Below, in pieces: positions 24,568 to 37,316 of a DNA stretch of 64,000 nt. Position 1 is the stretch's first letter; each line of letters begins with the position of its first letter. The notes beneath the pieces were generated by a model. That model saw only the letters and a list, made by a program, of their open reading frames with translations, was not told the DNA's origin and did no database searches. Source of the DNA: Callorhinchus milii (lineage: Eukaryota); the NCBI RefSeq assembly GCF_018977255.1, contig NW_024704742.1, positions 109,122,001 through 109,186,000 of the forward strand, written 5' to 3'. A program made the position numbers and the translations under genes.

Positions 24568-25644
24568 AGATCAGGCTCCACTGTGATGATGCTCATTGCC
24601 AAGACTCACACATGAACAATGGCATTTGGCTGAGGTATTGGAGGTAACTAGCAGCCAGTGGAACCATACCCCAGCATGATGAGAATGTTAATCGAGACCA
24701 GAGACATTTGCTAATGGGAAGAAAACTAGAAAAAACTTATTGGACCAAGTATGTTTTTTTAAATGATTATGGCGTCAAATAAAACTGATGAATTTAAGGC
24801 CTACAATTGTAAGGAGACTCTTCCAAAATTATTTTTGTTTTCATTTCCAACATTTAAAAGAAAAAAAGGTAACCTAAATTTTCTGATTTTTCTGTAGATT
24901 AACATAAATACGTTGTTTTCACTGGTCGAGGTAACCAGGAGACATGAATATAAGCTAGGGGCTGGGAGGATCAAAAATAGAATTTAGGAGGAACTACATC
25001 ATGTAGAGGGTAGTGAGATTGTGGATCTAAAGTTGTTGTTGAATCAGATAGTATACATGCATTGAAGAGGAAACTAGACCTTCACATGAGGGAGAGGGCA
25101 ATATAATGGGAGGAGTGAGAAGTCATCTCAAAGGAAAGAGTGTATGGGAGGGACTAAGGCCTGCGACGAGACTCGTGTGGAGTATAAACACCGGCACAGA
25201 TTGGTCAGGCCGACTGTCCCGTTTCCATGCTGTACATTTTTGTAAACAATATCGGTCTTAGCTTCTGTCTGCACTGGAAAACGGCTTCAAAGGTCCTATT
25301 GCTTGCTTAGTTGAATGCACGTCAATGCACTACAGGCAGGAGGTTACCTTTAAAGTTGTGTCACTCCAGATCTGAGGACATCAAATAAATTTCAGTGCAG
25401 TGAAAAAGAGATTTGTTAGAAGTGCCAGTGAAACATCTCTTCAGTTGCATAACCTTTCCACTCTGTTCGTGCATTGGTAATACACGACAATAAAAATACT
25501 AAACAACTATTAGAAATCTCACTTTTTAAAAAAAAAATATGAAGTTGGTAAAAATAAGATGTCTAATGATTATAAGGTACTACACTACTCGAATCAAACT
25601 GCATTTACTGCATTTAATACATTCAGAAAACTTAAATTATTGCA

Positions 25645-28037
25645 TCGTCTCATGCGGTATTTCTCAGGGCTCTGTCCTTGGTCCCCTCCTCTTCAGTATC
25701 TACATGCTCCATCTTGGTTGGAGATTGTGGAGTCCTGTAGCTCAGTGGTTGGAGCACTCGCTTTGCAAGTGAGAGACCTGAGTTCAATTCCAGGCAGGGC
25801 GAAACCTTGGGCAAGTTTCCTTACTCCACACGCCTAATAATAATCCCTCCAAAAAAAAAAACAATAATTAAATTGGTCATTTTCAATCTACGACTGTTTG
25901 TGGGACATTGCTGTGCGCAATTGGCTGCCGCGTTCGCCCACAAATATACAGTCAATTCACTTTACAGTGTGTTCTGTGAAGCGCTTTGGGACGTCCTCCT
26001 GACGTGAAAAGCGCTATATCAAATGCAAGGATTATTATTATTATTGGTTACATCATCCATAGACATGGGGTCAACTTCCACATCTATGCGGATGACACCC
26101 AACTCTATCTCTCTGCCTCCACCCTCGATTCCAGGACTTCTGCTGTCCTGACAGACATCAAGTCCTGGATGAGAGCTAACTACTTTCTATAGTTGAATGC
26201 TAACAAGACCGAGGCCCTCCTGATTGGCTCGCGTCAGTGCTTCCACACCTCAGGCGCTGACAGCATCACCATCCAGGGATGCACACTCCACCTCAACGAG
26301 CCTGTCCAGAACCTTAGAGTCTTGTTTGATCCTCAACTGTCCTTCCTACCCCACATCCGGGCCATGACCTGCTCTACCTTCCTCCACCTCCACAATATCT
26401 CCGGCTCCGCCACTGCCTCACCTCAGGCCGCTGAAACCCTCACCCATGCGTTCAATCACATCTAGGCTCGACTACGCCAACTTCCTGCTTGTCAGCCTTC
26501 CCAAATCTTCTCTCCACAAGCTCCGTATTATCCAGAGCTCTGCAGCTCGTGTCCTCTCCTATACCAGGCTCCGTGCCCCATCACCCCCATCCTTGCCCGG
26601 CTCCACTGGCTCCCCATTCCCCAGAGGATAGAGTTCAAAATTCTAGGACTCACCTTCAAGGCCCTGCCACCTGCTGACCCCATATCAACCTGTCCGCTCC
26701 CTCCGTTCAGCGGGCTGTGGCCTGCTCCATGTACCCCGCCCGGTCCTGGCCCATCAGCTGCCAGGCCTTCATCCTTTCTGCCACCTCCCCACGGAATTCC
26801 ATCCCACATTCCCTTCACATTGCTTCCTCCCTTGCCTCCTTCAAGGCGCATCTCAAAACCCCCCTCTTTGACCGAGCCTTTGGTCACCCTCATACCCCCA
26901 GCTCAGGTCCAAATCCCTGACTGTCCAGCACCTTGGGACATCCTCCTGACGTGAAAGGCACTATACAAATGTAATTTTGTATTGTAGCTTCGTGGTTCTG
27001 TCCTATCCTGGTTTTATACTTACCTATCCCAACATCTTGCCTTTATTGCTTTTAACAGCTTTTGCTTCCTTGTTTCTTCCACACGAGTTCCTTATTGGCT
27101 CGGTCCTCTCCTCTTCACTATCAATATGCTTCCGCTTGGCGATGCCATCCACAGACATGGAATTCACTTGCACATGTACGCAGACGACACCCTCTCTCTC
27201 TGCCTCCACCCTTGATTGACCACTGTTGTTCTGACTGATTGCCTGACAGACTCAAGTTCTGGATGAGAGCAAACTTTCTTCAGTTGAATGTCAACAAGAC
27301 AGGCATTCCTGCTTAGCTCCAGTCAGCAACTTCTTGCCCAAGACATTAACAGCATCAGCCTGCATGGATACACATTTCACCTCACGGAGCCTTGGTGTCT
27401 TGTTTGACTACCAAGTGTCTTTTAAACCCCACATCAGCGCTCTGATCTGCTTTCCTGCCTCCGTTACTACCTCTTGCCGTGGGCTGCCAATACCCTCATC
27501 CATGCCTTTATCAAGTTCAGGCTTGACTACACCAATATTCTACTTACTGGATCACCCAACTCTTCACAAGATGCAGATTATGCAGAACTCTGCAGTCAGT
27601 GTTCTTTCCTGCACTAGTTCCCGCAAGCCTATCACACCATCCTCGACTGGCTTCATTGGCTCCCCAGTCCCAAGCGGATCAAGTTCAAGATCCTCATTCG
27701 CACCTTTAAATCCCTTTATGGTCTCATCCCATATGGAGCAGGCCATAGCGGAGGGAGCAGAACAGGTTGATACAGGGTCAGCAGCCTGCAACCTCCTCAA
27801 ATCGCACTGGCCTGCGTCATGGTCCCCATTCTACCTGCCCCATCATCCTTCCTTCCCCCACTTTCTAGAACTTCATCCCAGAGTTCCTCCGACTTGTTCC
27901 CTCCCTCACCTTGTTCAAGGTACTTGTCAAGATCTCCTTCTTTCACTGTACTTTCTGCCACCTTTCCTCTGCCCACCGCCCTCAACTCACAGTTCAGGTG
28001 CCAAACCAGTATATTAAGCACCTTGGGATGTCCTCCT
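25645..28037 (+). mobile_element. Two consecutive L2 RT-to-tail fragments (25645-26980 and about 27070-28037)
   Basis: YADDT-type motif twice; SRLDY, LHWLP-like segments and a tail in each. Confidence 0.82.
25727..26043 (+). mobile_element. SINE inserted into an L2 RT fragment, candidate TSD TTGGTT
   Basis: TTGGTT at 25714-25719 and 26044-26049; splits QGSVLGPLLF from YADD. Confidence 0.9.
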
Positions 28038-28646
28038 ACAACAACAAGATTACATTTGTATAGCGCCTTTCACGTCAGGAGGACGTCCCTGCAGCTCCAA
28101 CAGCAACAATAACAAAATTACATTTATATTCCAAACATGAAAGGCTCTTTACAAATGTAAATTTATATTGTATCTCATTAAAGCTCTTTTGTAAAGCTCT
28201 TGTTTGTTTCACATAAATTAATGATTTAATTAACAGAAAATATTTAATATGATTTAATTTACAAAAGTAATCAAAATGCATTCCAAAATGACTTGCATAT
28301 TGTTCATTTTAAAGGATAAAATGGTATAGTATCTTATTACATCGATGAGTCTCAAACAGCTTCACTGGATTTTCTGTAAAGTGTGGTGACTCTGTACTTG
28401 CAACCAAATGTGGCAGCCAATTTGCACACAGGAGTGCCACACAAACAGACATGAACAACAACAACAACAAATGAAATGAATGACCAATTTATATCTGGGG
28501 GATTTGTTGGCCAGGACACCAGAAGAAATTCCCAGCTCTTTTTGAATAGTGCTATGGGATTTGTAAACGCCCCATAAAAACAACTTGCATTTATATTGCA
28601 CCCTTCACATGGGGTAGGGTCACAGAATGCTTAAATAGGTTAAATA

Positions 28647-29000
28647 GGAGTCCTGTAGCTCAATGGTTATAGCACTCGCTTCACAAGTGAGAGACCTGGG
28701 TTTGATTCCCGGCAGGGTGAAAAGTTGGGCAAATTTTCTTACTCCACACACCACTGTTTACCCAGCATTAAGTAGGAAGCTGGTTGGGGGTTCGCATTTC
28801 CAGGGGAAAAAAAATAATAATTTGTTAATTTCAATCCACGACTGTTTGTGGGACACTGTTGTGTGCAATTGGCTGCCGTGTTTCGCCCACAAAATATACA
28901 GTCAATTCACTTTACAGTATATTCTGTGAAGAGCTTTGAGACGTCTCAAAGACCTGCTAAGGCACTATATCGAATGCAAAGATAATTATTTTTATTATTA
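28647..29000 (+). mobile_element. SINE nested in an older reverse Deu-type SINE (about 28370-29120)
   Basis: Head, core and tail match the family; the older element flanks it. Confidence 0.8.
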
Positions 29001-29947
29001 GATGGGACCTCTGTTTAAAATCTCATCCGAAGGAAGATACCTTTGACAATTCAGCACTCTTTCCCCACCACCCCACCCGCCCCACCAAGATTAGATTAGA
29101 TTGTCACCCTAGACTATTACCCATCATTCTAGTATTATTTCTCTTTTTAAACTGTAAGTTATGGGTAAAACATACTTTTTTTGTAAGTCTTGGAAACATG
29201 CAAATACAGCAGCTAATATAAAAATAATAACAATTCCTCCCAAAACTCAGTGCTCAAACCAAAACTGCAATCTCAAGGAAGTGAGGAAAGGTAGGAGGTG
29301 AGGCGGAAAGCCTCTGGGATGGCGTTCCAGAGGGTGCGGGCAGAAATGCTGAAATGGGCAGTGCCCGCTGAGTGGAGGGAGCGGAAAGGTCGATAAAGGT
29401 TTGATTTCAGGGAGGAACAGGACCATGGAGGGCTTTAAAGGTGAGGGTGTTAAACTCATTCCTCTGGGGGATGAGGAGCCAGTGGAGCTGGGCGAGAATG
29501 GGAATAATCAGGTCATAGAGCTTAATGCGGGAAAGGACACAAGCTGCAGAGTTCTGAATAATCTGCAGCTTGTGGAAGGAAGAGTTGGGAAATCCAGCGA
29601 GCAGTGAGTTGTAGTCAAGCCTGGGCGTAATGAAAGCAAGTATGAGAGGAGAGATAGTGGTGGAGGCGAGCAACGGTGCGGAGGTGGGGGAAGGCAGAAC
29701 AGGTCATGGCACAGATGTGGGGTTTAAAAGACAGTTGAGGGTCGAACAAGAACACCAAGGTTCCGTACTGGCTCCGTGAGGTGGAGAGTCCATCCATGAT
29801 TAAGTTATACTGGGTACATATTGAAAAGGTAGAGATGAACTGGGTAAAGATCACAGTCACACTGTGTTTCAAAATGCAGAAAGATATCAAGATTATGAAA
29901 TTACAATCTAAAAACCTTTCTTTTTTTAACAAACTTACTAGACTTAC

Positions 29948-30172
29948 CAAAAAGCTGGGAAGGTATGGAAACACCATCTGCATAGGCTATGTATTTCCAC
30001 TTGCCAGTTCTAAACATATAGGTGGAGGCATTCACATTGCAGCCATGAAACTCACTGAGAACCCAGTTAGGACGGGAATTATTAAAAGAAATTTTCTTTC
30101 TCAAACCTCTTGACAACAACGGTAGTAGTGAAAAGCCACTCAGGTTTCCAACGAAAGGGACTCCAGCAATGT
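29948..30172 (-). CDS. ARSK: ARSK exon 7 (DIAGVPFVGNLSGFSLLP...SEFHGCNVNASTYM...SQLF)
   Basis: CAG acceptor, GTAAGT donor, 225 bp. Confidence 0.95.
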
Positions 30173-31283
30173 CTGAATAGAAAACAAATGGATTCCATTA
30201 GCAAAATCAACTGAAGGTTCTAGCAGCAAATAAAGAATCTTTCCACAATTAATTATTTGTGTTTCAATTTTAAAAGTCTACTTGAATTAAATTGCACACC
30301 CTTCAATATTTGTTGAAAGGAAATATTAATTCTATCTTTCTTGCTTAATAAGAATGATTGAATAAAGAATATTGGCTGTTGAGAGTATGTTAGAACCTAT
30401 TAATCATGGAGATAATTATATTGTTTGAAGAATTCTGAAAGAATTGTGGAAATTCAAGAAAATAAGCAGTATATAGAAAATATGAATTGCATTTAAATCT
30501 GATCTTCTCTTTTTATAAAGAATTGACCCGTTTTGCCTGTCTGCTTTTCTTTACCTCCCCAATTGTTATTCCTTTGCTTCCTATATTTCTGCCATAACTT
30601 CCAAAATAAAAATTGGATTGTACATCAATGTAACAGAGCAATTTGATGATATAGGAAACCAGACCAAATAAAAACGCAGTGTAACCATGTTACAATACAC
30701 TTTGTTATAACACTGATTCATTATAGTGCAACTGGAGTTTGGAAATCAGTTTTTAATTCTAATTCAATTTGTGGTTCAAGATTTGCTTTAAAGAGCCAGC
30801 CAGCATCTCAGGTGCTAAAATATACTACTATTAATATTAATCCTTACATTTGATATAGTTTCATGACAGGAAGCTCTTCTCAAAGAGCTTCACAGAATAT
30901 ACTGTAAAGTGGAGTGACTGTATTTTGTGAGGGAACGTGGCAGCCTATTCGCACACAGCAATATTCTACAAACAGACATGAAATGAATAATCGTTTTTTT
31001 TAATTTGGGGATTATTGGCTGGGACATCAGGAGATGTATTGTCTACCTGAATAGGCAGGTAGCACTTTGGTTTAACATCTTCTCCGAAGGATAGCAACTC
31101 CAATAATGTAGCACGCCCCATTAATGCATTGTGGAGTGTCAGCTTAGGCCAAATATATTCCAAGTCCCTTGACATTTCTACCAAAATCCACAAATCACCT
31201 TGGTCGAAAATGTACAAAACCCTTTGAACAATAAAGTTTACTATTTTTCATGAGATAAAGAGTGAATACTCAAATATTTTGTA

Positions 31284-31797
31284 CAGTAAAACTCACATAA
31301 GTTTTATCTTTTTTAAATCGTGTAATTGGCCAAGTCTTACATTCATCCAAGTTCCATTCAGTTCCTATCAAAACCATTACCAGTCTAGTTAGATTTCTTT
31401 GAGTTACTTGTATTAATCAACTCCTAACCCATCAACGCATGTGCACTTACCATCCGGCTGCACTGGAGAGGGAAACAATCTTGATTTGTCAACACATGTA
31501 CAGAAGAACTTTATTTCCAACGATTCACTGCAGTTCCAATGCTTGCCAGTAAGTGCGCATGCTGCGATGGGTCAACACGCATTCAATTGTAGGAAATTTA
31601 GTCTTGACCCGTGACCATATTCAAACTTACCAGCTGCAGTGATGAACTATCGGATGGGCATTACCGGTTGCATTGAATTAATCAAGCGCAGTGTAGATTA
31701 TTGATTAAATTGGATTTTACACGATTTATACAGTATGCCTGCAACTCGGACTTTGTGTAAGTCATTAAATGTTATGGTCTTGATGTAAATTTTACTG
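31284..31797. mobile_element. Tc1/mariner (Tigger-like) MITE
   Basis: TA|CAGTAAAAC...TTTTACTG|TA termini plus internal inverted repeats. Confidence 0.7.
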
Positions 31798-32058
31798 TAT
31801 ATTAAAACTTTAAGTTAAGGTGGCATTCAGTGAACTCATATCTACTCATCAAAACGATAAGACAATTGAACAAAATTCACTTTAAACCTTAAAACTATCA
31901 GAGGTGAATTTTATCCTCTCAGTCTGGTTAGATTCAAATTCACCTTTTAAAGATTAAAGGGCAATCCGATAATCATTGCACTAAATCATTGAATCACAGC
32001 TTCAATTTTAGCCACACTTTTTTTTCTGTTAGTCTTAGACCAATAATATTATACTTAC

Positions 32059-32283
32059 CGAGGATGGTTGGGAAAATGTCCACAAGTGATACCAAGTTTG
32101 AAATTTGTTGCCCTCCTGAGACACCTGGTCCAACCAGTAGTAGAGGAACATGAGAACTTCCTTCATACATACTCATTTTATAAAACTGCCGATGCTCCAT
32201 AGCTAGTTCACCATGGTCTGAGGTAAAGATTATATAAGTGTTGTTTTGGAGCCCAGTGTCATATAGAGCAGAAAAAATCTTTC
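32059..32283 (-). CDS. ARSK: ARSK exon 6 (GKIFSAL...TSDHGELAMEHRQFYKMSMYEGSSHVPL...DIFPTIL)
   Basis: Sulfatase SDHG metal-binding motif; CAG acceptor, GTAAGT donor, 225 bp. Confidence 0.96.
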
Positions 32284-33715
32284 CTGTGAAAATAGAAACT
32301 TTTTTAAGAGACCAAATCTAATTCTGTTGAATCAGTTTAATGCATTAAATTTGAACACAGAAGAATGGAAAGCTTTACATTTGTTTCGTCTAAACGGTCT
32401 CCTGTTTTTGTAAAATTATATGAATAACACATTTCTAACACAGTGATAATACTGCAGTGGATCTAAGTGCTGAAGTTAACTGCGAGTACCTTATAAATCA
32501 ACCAGTCTTATAACAAGCACCTTTTAGAGAGGTTCTACAGTCCGTAAAATACTCTAGAATTTAGAAGTGAAAGGATAAAGAGCAAGTCAAAAACAATATT
32601 GAAAACAACTGTAAAAGTGAGTGAGAAGTCAAAGTATGACTGATATTATGAATTCATTTTGTTCATTACTTCAGATATTTAACTTTATTGTTTCATAATA
32701 ATTGTGTGAAGTAGAAATTACCTTTAATGCAACTCTACAACCTTGCTCAAGAGGTAAATTTTAACTTGACAAAAGAATGCTAATAGCGACTGTACCTCCA
32801 ATCGTTTCCTAAATTTTCAACAGTAAAAAATTGATACCTTAATTGATACTATAATCTCTCTACCTTGTTCCCTCCTTTTCGACTTTCCAAAATGACCTTA
32901 AAATCTTTCTTTGACTGAGAGTTTGAATCTCCCACCTTATCTCAACCTTGGCTTAGTTGGTAGCACTCTCACCTCTGAGCTAAAATTGTTGGGAATGTGC
33001 TGCTCTCCTTCGGCTTAAACATTAAAACAACATCCCCTCTGCTCAGGTGGATATTAAAGATCCCATGGCACTATTTGGAAAAGAAGCAAGTTTCTTCTGA
33101 CCAACAATTCCTCGAAATTCACTTGGTCATTCACTAAACTCAACCACAAGGCACACAGTCACTTCGCTGTATAGTATATCCTGTGAAGCTCTTTGAGATG
33201 TCCTCCTGACATGAAAGGCACCATATCAAATGTAGGGATGAATATTATTATTATCTCCCGCCCAGCTTGAACTCCCACTCAGTTTTTATAAAGCACTTTA
33301 GACATTTTCCTATGTCAAATGTAAGTAGGAACCCCGTTGCTAGTCAATTGGCGATCGCTTTCCCAGGGGTAATAATCCCTTCAAAAAAATTAGAATAATA
33401 ATTTGGTCACTCAATCCTTGACTGTTTGTAGGACACTGCTGTGCACAATTCGCTTTCGTATTTGGCCCACAAAATATACAATCAATTCACTTTACAGTAT
33501 ATTTTGTGAAATGCTTTGAGACGTCTCAAAGACGTGATAAGACGCTTTATCAAATGCAAGGTTTATTATATTTGAGGTGTACTTGTTTCAGATTATTGTG
33601 GCTGGTGAGAAGATATTGAGCACAGAAACATGGATATAGCACAGATACGTTGTATTCATTGTTGAAGTGCTTGTAATGTGACGGAAAAGAAAAGTGAACA
33701 TTAATATACCTTTGA

Positions 33716-33941
33716 ACACAAAAACAGAAGTCACTGGGAACATTCAGCGGGTCAGGCAGCATCTATGGAGAAAGGAAAGTGAGTCAATGTTTCGGGTCCA
33801 CGACTGTTTCTGATGAAGGGTTGTGGACCCAAAACGTTGACTCCTTTCTCCATAGCTACTGCCTGACCTGCTGAGTGTTCCCAGCAACTCTGTTTTTGTT
33901 TTCAGATTTCCAGCATCTGCAGTATTTTGTGTTTTGTTTTT
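33716..33941. mobile_element. Penelope-type palindromic non-autonomous element with 16-bp TSD and hammerhead-like core
   Basis: Inverted arms; ATTAATATACCTTTGA at 33700-33715 and 33942-33957; CTGATGA-AGGGT..ACCC-AAAAC. Confidence 0.75.
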
Positions 33942-35723
33942 ATTAATATACCTTTGATTACTAATAACTTATTTTTGTATTAATGAAAATCGATAATTCT
34001 TATGTATAACTATAATAATGCATTTTTTTTAAGGTAATTTGTTTTTGGTCGTGCTTTTAATCATATGGTGGTTTATAGTATAGCCATATGGCTGCTATGG
34101 TAACAGATAGCATGCTTGGAGATGCTGAAAACCAGCATGATGGTGTTCGATTTTCTTTCTGTAGCAGAAGCATCTTCTGTTTATGGTACTGACGTCACCT
34201 AAAGCTCAGTGGGAAATGCTATGGTTACAGCTGTCACTCCTAATACTGAGAACATTGCTGCAATCCCCTCCAATTGCTAGTGCACCTAATGGAAAAAAAA
34301 GTATGATTTTGTGAAATTGTGCATTCCATATATCTGGGATTATTTATCAGCATCATATTGATGACCATATGTAGTGTGTTGTACAATTCAGGCTATTCTG
34401 AATGAATAATACATTTTAAGATAATGTAATACTATAGTTTACTGCTTTTTCATAATTTTGGGCTGCAATTCAAGGTTCTTTAACAGATAAATGTCAGCTC
34501 ATGCAATGAAAAAATGTCACAATATGTAGTCTTGTAAATCATTAAGTATTGTTCCCCCCTTCCCATTTCTATATGCTGTGCTCAAATTGGCTTCTGCGGT
34601 TGTTTACAAATGCAGTCACTACAATGAACAGAACTTAATATGAAGCTATCAGTCTTTCCTATACTAAATGGAAAGACTGATAATTATAGATTACTCAAGC
34701 TCTGCACCTCTAACTGGAAGAACCATTACTCAATGCGTAGATATGTGCGACTGAGCTGTGGGCAGGAAGATGGTGACAATGTTCTCACACATTTCACATT
34801 GAGCTTTGATTCTGGTACTTGCCATCCACTGAGGGAGGGATGAAACCTGCACTTGATGGATGTTAAATGACGAATTAGTGACTATCCTCTTTCCAGGGGT
34901 CGGTATGAGGAGGTAAACAGGGTCTCATTAGAGCTGAACTGGCTCCAAGGTGACATGTGAGGGAATAGAATGTTGGAATTAAGTCAACCCTCTTTGGTGA
35001 TCTCGACAGTCCAGTTCCTGCACCAGGTGGGTTCACAATAATCCAGGCTGCTGATGACAGCCCAACCAACGTGGCTCATTAGTAGGAATTGGAAGGGCAT
35101 ACTAGTCACTGGGGGCAGTGATTCTTCCCACTTAGTTCTTGTTAACACTGCAACCAAAGCCCCAATGGGATAAGATGGTCCTTGCTGAACTTCCAATGGT
35201 AAACTCCAGCAGTACCCTAATGCATACTTTGGGATCCCAAGCTTTCTTCTTGCCAAGATGTGCTTAATAATCTCCACAATTAGGATGCATTCCTCCAGTG
35301 AGAGTGTGTGCAAATCATTCCAATATACAGGAATGTCCATGTGTAGGTAGGCTGCATGGAAATTTCAGTTTGGTTTGGATATTCTTTCCGCATGTGTCAA
35401 CAACAACAATTTGCATTTATGCAGCATCCCTCATGCAGGGTAGCGTCCCAGAGCATTTGACAATGGCAGAACATGATGCTAAGCTGGGGGGAGGTGACCA
35501 TAGGCATAGTCAAAGCTGAATGTCTTCAGTTGCTACCTGAAGATGAGGAAGGAAGGGGCAAGGCGGAGGGATAGAGGAAGAGTGTTCCATAGATTCTGGG
35601 CATAGTCGGTAAAAGCGTGGCCACCGATGGGGGAACGGAAGGTACAAGGAACGGGGAAAGAATGTAAGCACAGGAAAAGACAATGAGTATACCTGTGACC
35701 ATCTGAAGCAGTGAATCACTTAC

Positions 35724-35895
35724 CAAGCATCAAGTCCATTTCAGCACACATTGCATAGTAAAATGCTCGAATGTTCTTAATTTCCTTTTGAGTGAAATCG
35801 CTGGTACAGTTTTTTGTATAGGAGGAATAATAATCTACAGGGTGCATTTCAAAGAAAGGAAGCCATTTTGGAATAGAGACCAGTTCGTATGACAC
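35724..35895 (-). CDS. ARSK: ARSK exon 5 (VSYELVSIPKW...FYYAMCAEMDLML)
   Basis: Translated by hand; CAG acceptor, GTAAGT donor, 172 bp. Confidence 0.95.
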
Positions 35896-36164
35896 CTGAA
35901 ATTAGGGTTAGGATATTTAATCAGACACTGAGAAATTGATCAAATGAATACTGATTGGTGAGTTTTAACATTATTATTCTGAAAACTTATTCAAGTTAAA
36001 AAATATCATTAGATATCTATTACAATTATATACAAGTTAGCATCTGGTACTCAACCCCATTGATGATGGATGCCTTGTGTATTTGCATAAACATTAGACA
36101 TATAAATGTACAGCAAATATTTTTTTTGAACAGATGAATTTATCTCCATTCTAATGGAGATCTA

Positions 36165-36526
36165 GTGGAGTCCTGTAGATTAGTCGTTAAAGCACTCGCC
36201 TCGCAAGTGAGAACACCTGGGTTTGATTCCTGGGTGGGGCAAAACATTGGGCATGCTTCCTTAATCCATATGCCTCTGTTTACCTAACAGTAAGTAGGAA
36301 CCTGGTTGCGGATCGCTTTTATGGGAATAACAATCCCTTCAAAAAAAAATAAAAAATTTGGTCACTCAATCCACAACTGTTTGTGGGATACTGCAGTGCA
36401 CAGTTGGCTGTCGCATTTTGCCTACAATATACAGTCAATTCACTTTGCACTATATTCTATAAAGCACTTGTGATTTCTAGAAGACGTGATAAGGCGTTAT
36501 ATCAAATGCAAGGATTATTATTATTA
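36165..36526 (+). mobile_element. SINE, same family
   Basis: Head to tail visible. Confidence 0.87.
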
Positions 36527-37033
36527 ATCTCCCAGCATGTTCCTCTCAATCTTTGTTCCAACGAAAGCAGGTTCAGTTTGCAAATCTCTCTTTAAAATGG
36601 AGCAAAGATCTAGAATCAGCCCACTCAGTCTTATCTGAGCACTTTCCAATACATCAATATTCCTTTTAAAGTAGTGTCCAAAATTATCACATTTTAAAAT
36701 GTGCCCTTTGCCAATGAGTTATAAAAGGTTGAGACAAACTACAGTGCTGTAACCGAATACTATGGAGTTATATCTGAGCAATTGGTTATTCCTGTTCACA
36801 TTGCTCAGATAGTGAAAGTTTATGATGAATATTCAAACACCAAATCACTTCCAATGTCTGAGGAAGGATAAAAGTAAAATAGTGCTTTAAATAATAAATA
36901 ATTCCACAGGTTTTTGACCAATTTACTGGGAGATATCTAATTAAATTAAACATTGCACTACTCACACTGTGCGCATCTATACTCTTTTGATCAAATACAA
37001 CTTTGGATTGGACGTTCCACAACAATTGTGTAC

Positions 37034-37316
37034 CTTTTTGAGCCAGTAAGGAGAGGTTTTAAATGTGGAACCTCCACATGCTTCTCCCATACTTGGAGTT
37101 GGGTAAGGATGAGGCAAGTTCAGACCTAAGCTGAGAACAAATGGTTGACTGAGCTGGGTTGCTTTGTATCTTATCCATTCTACTGCTTTATCGGTGTTCT
37201 CCCAATCACGATCCATGACTCTCACAGTTGTCTCATTACCAACCAGAGCTGTTGTTGGCCTCCCTTCTTGTCTCAGCAAAAATTCAACATCCCTGGTCCA
37301 AGCCTCCACACGGTTA
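37034..37316 (-). CDS. ARSK: ARSK exon 4 (NRVEAWTRDV...LNLPHPYP...YWLKK)
   Basis: Within ORF 36977..37345; CAG/GT boundaries, 283 bp. Confidence 0.95.
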
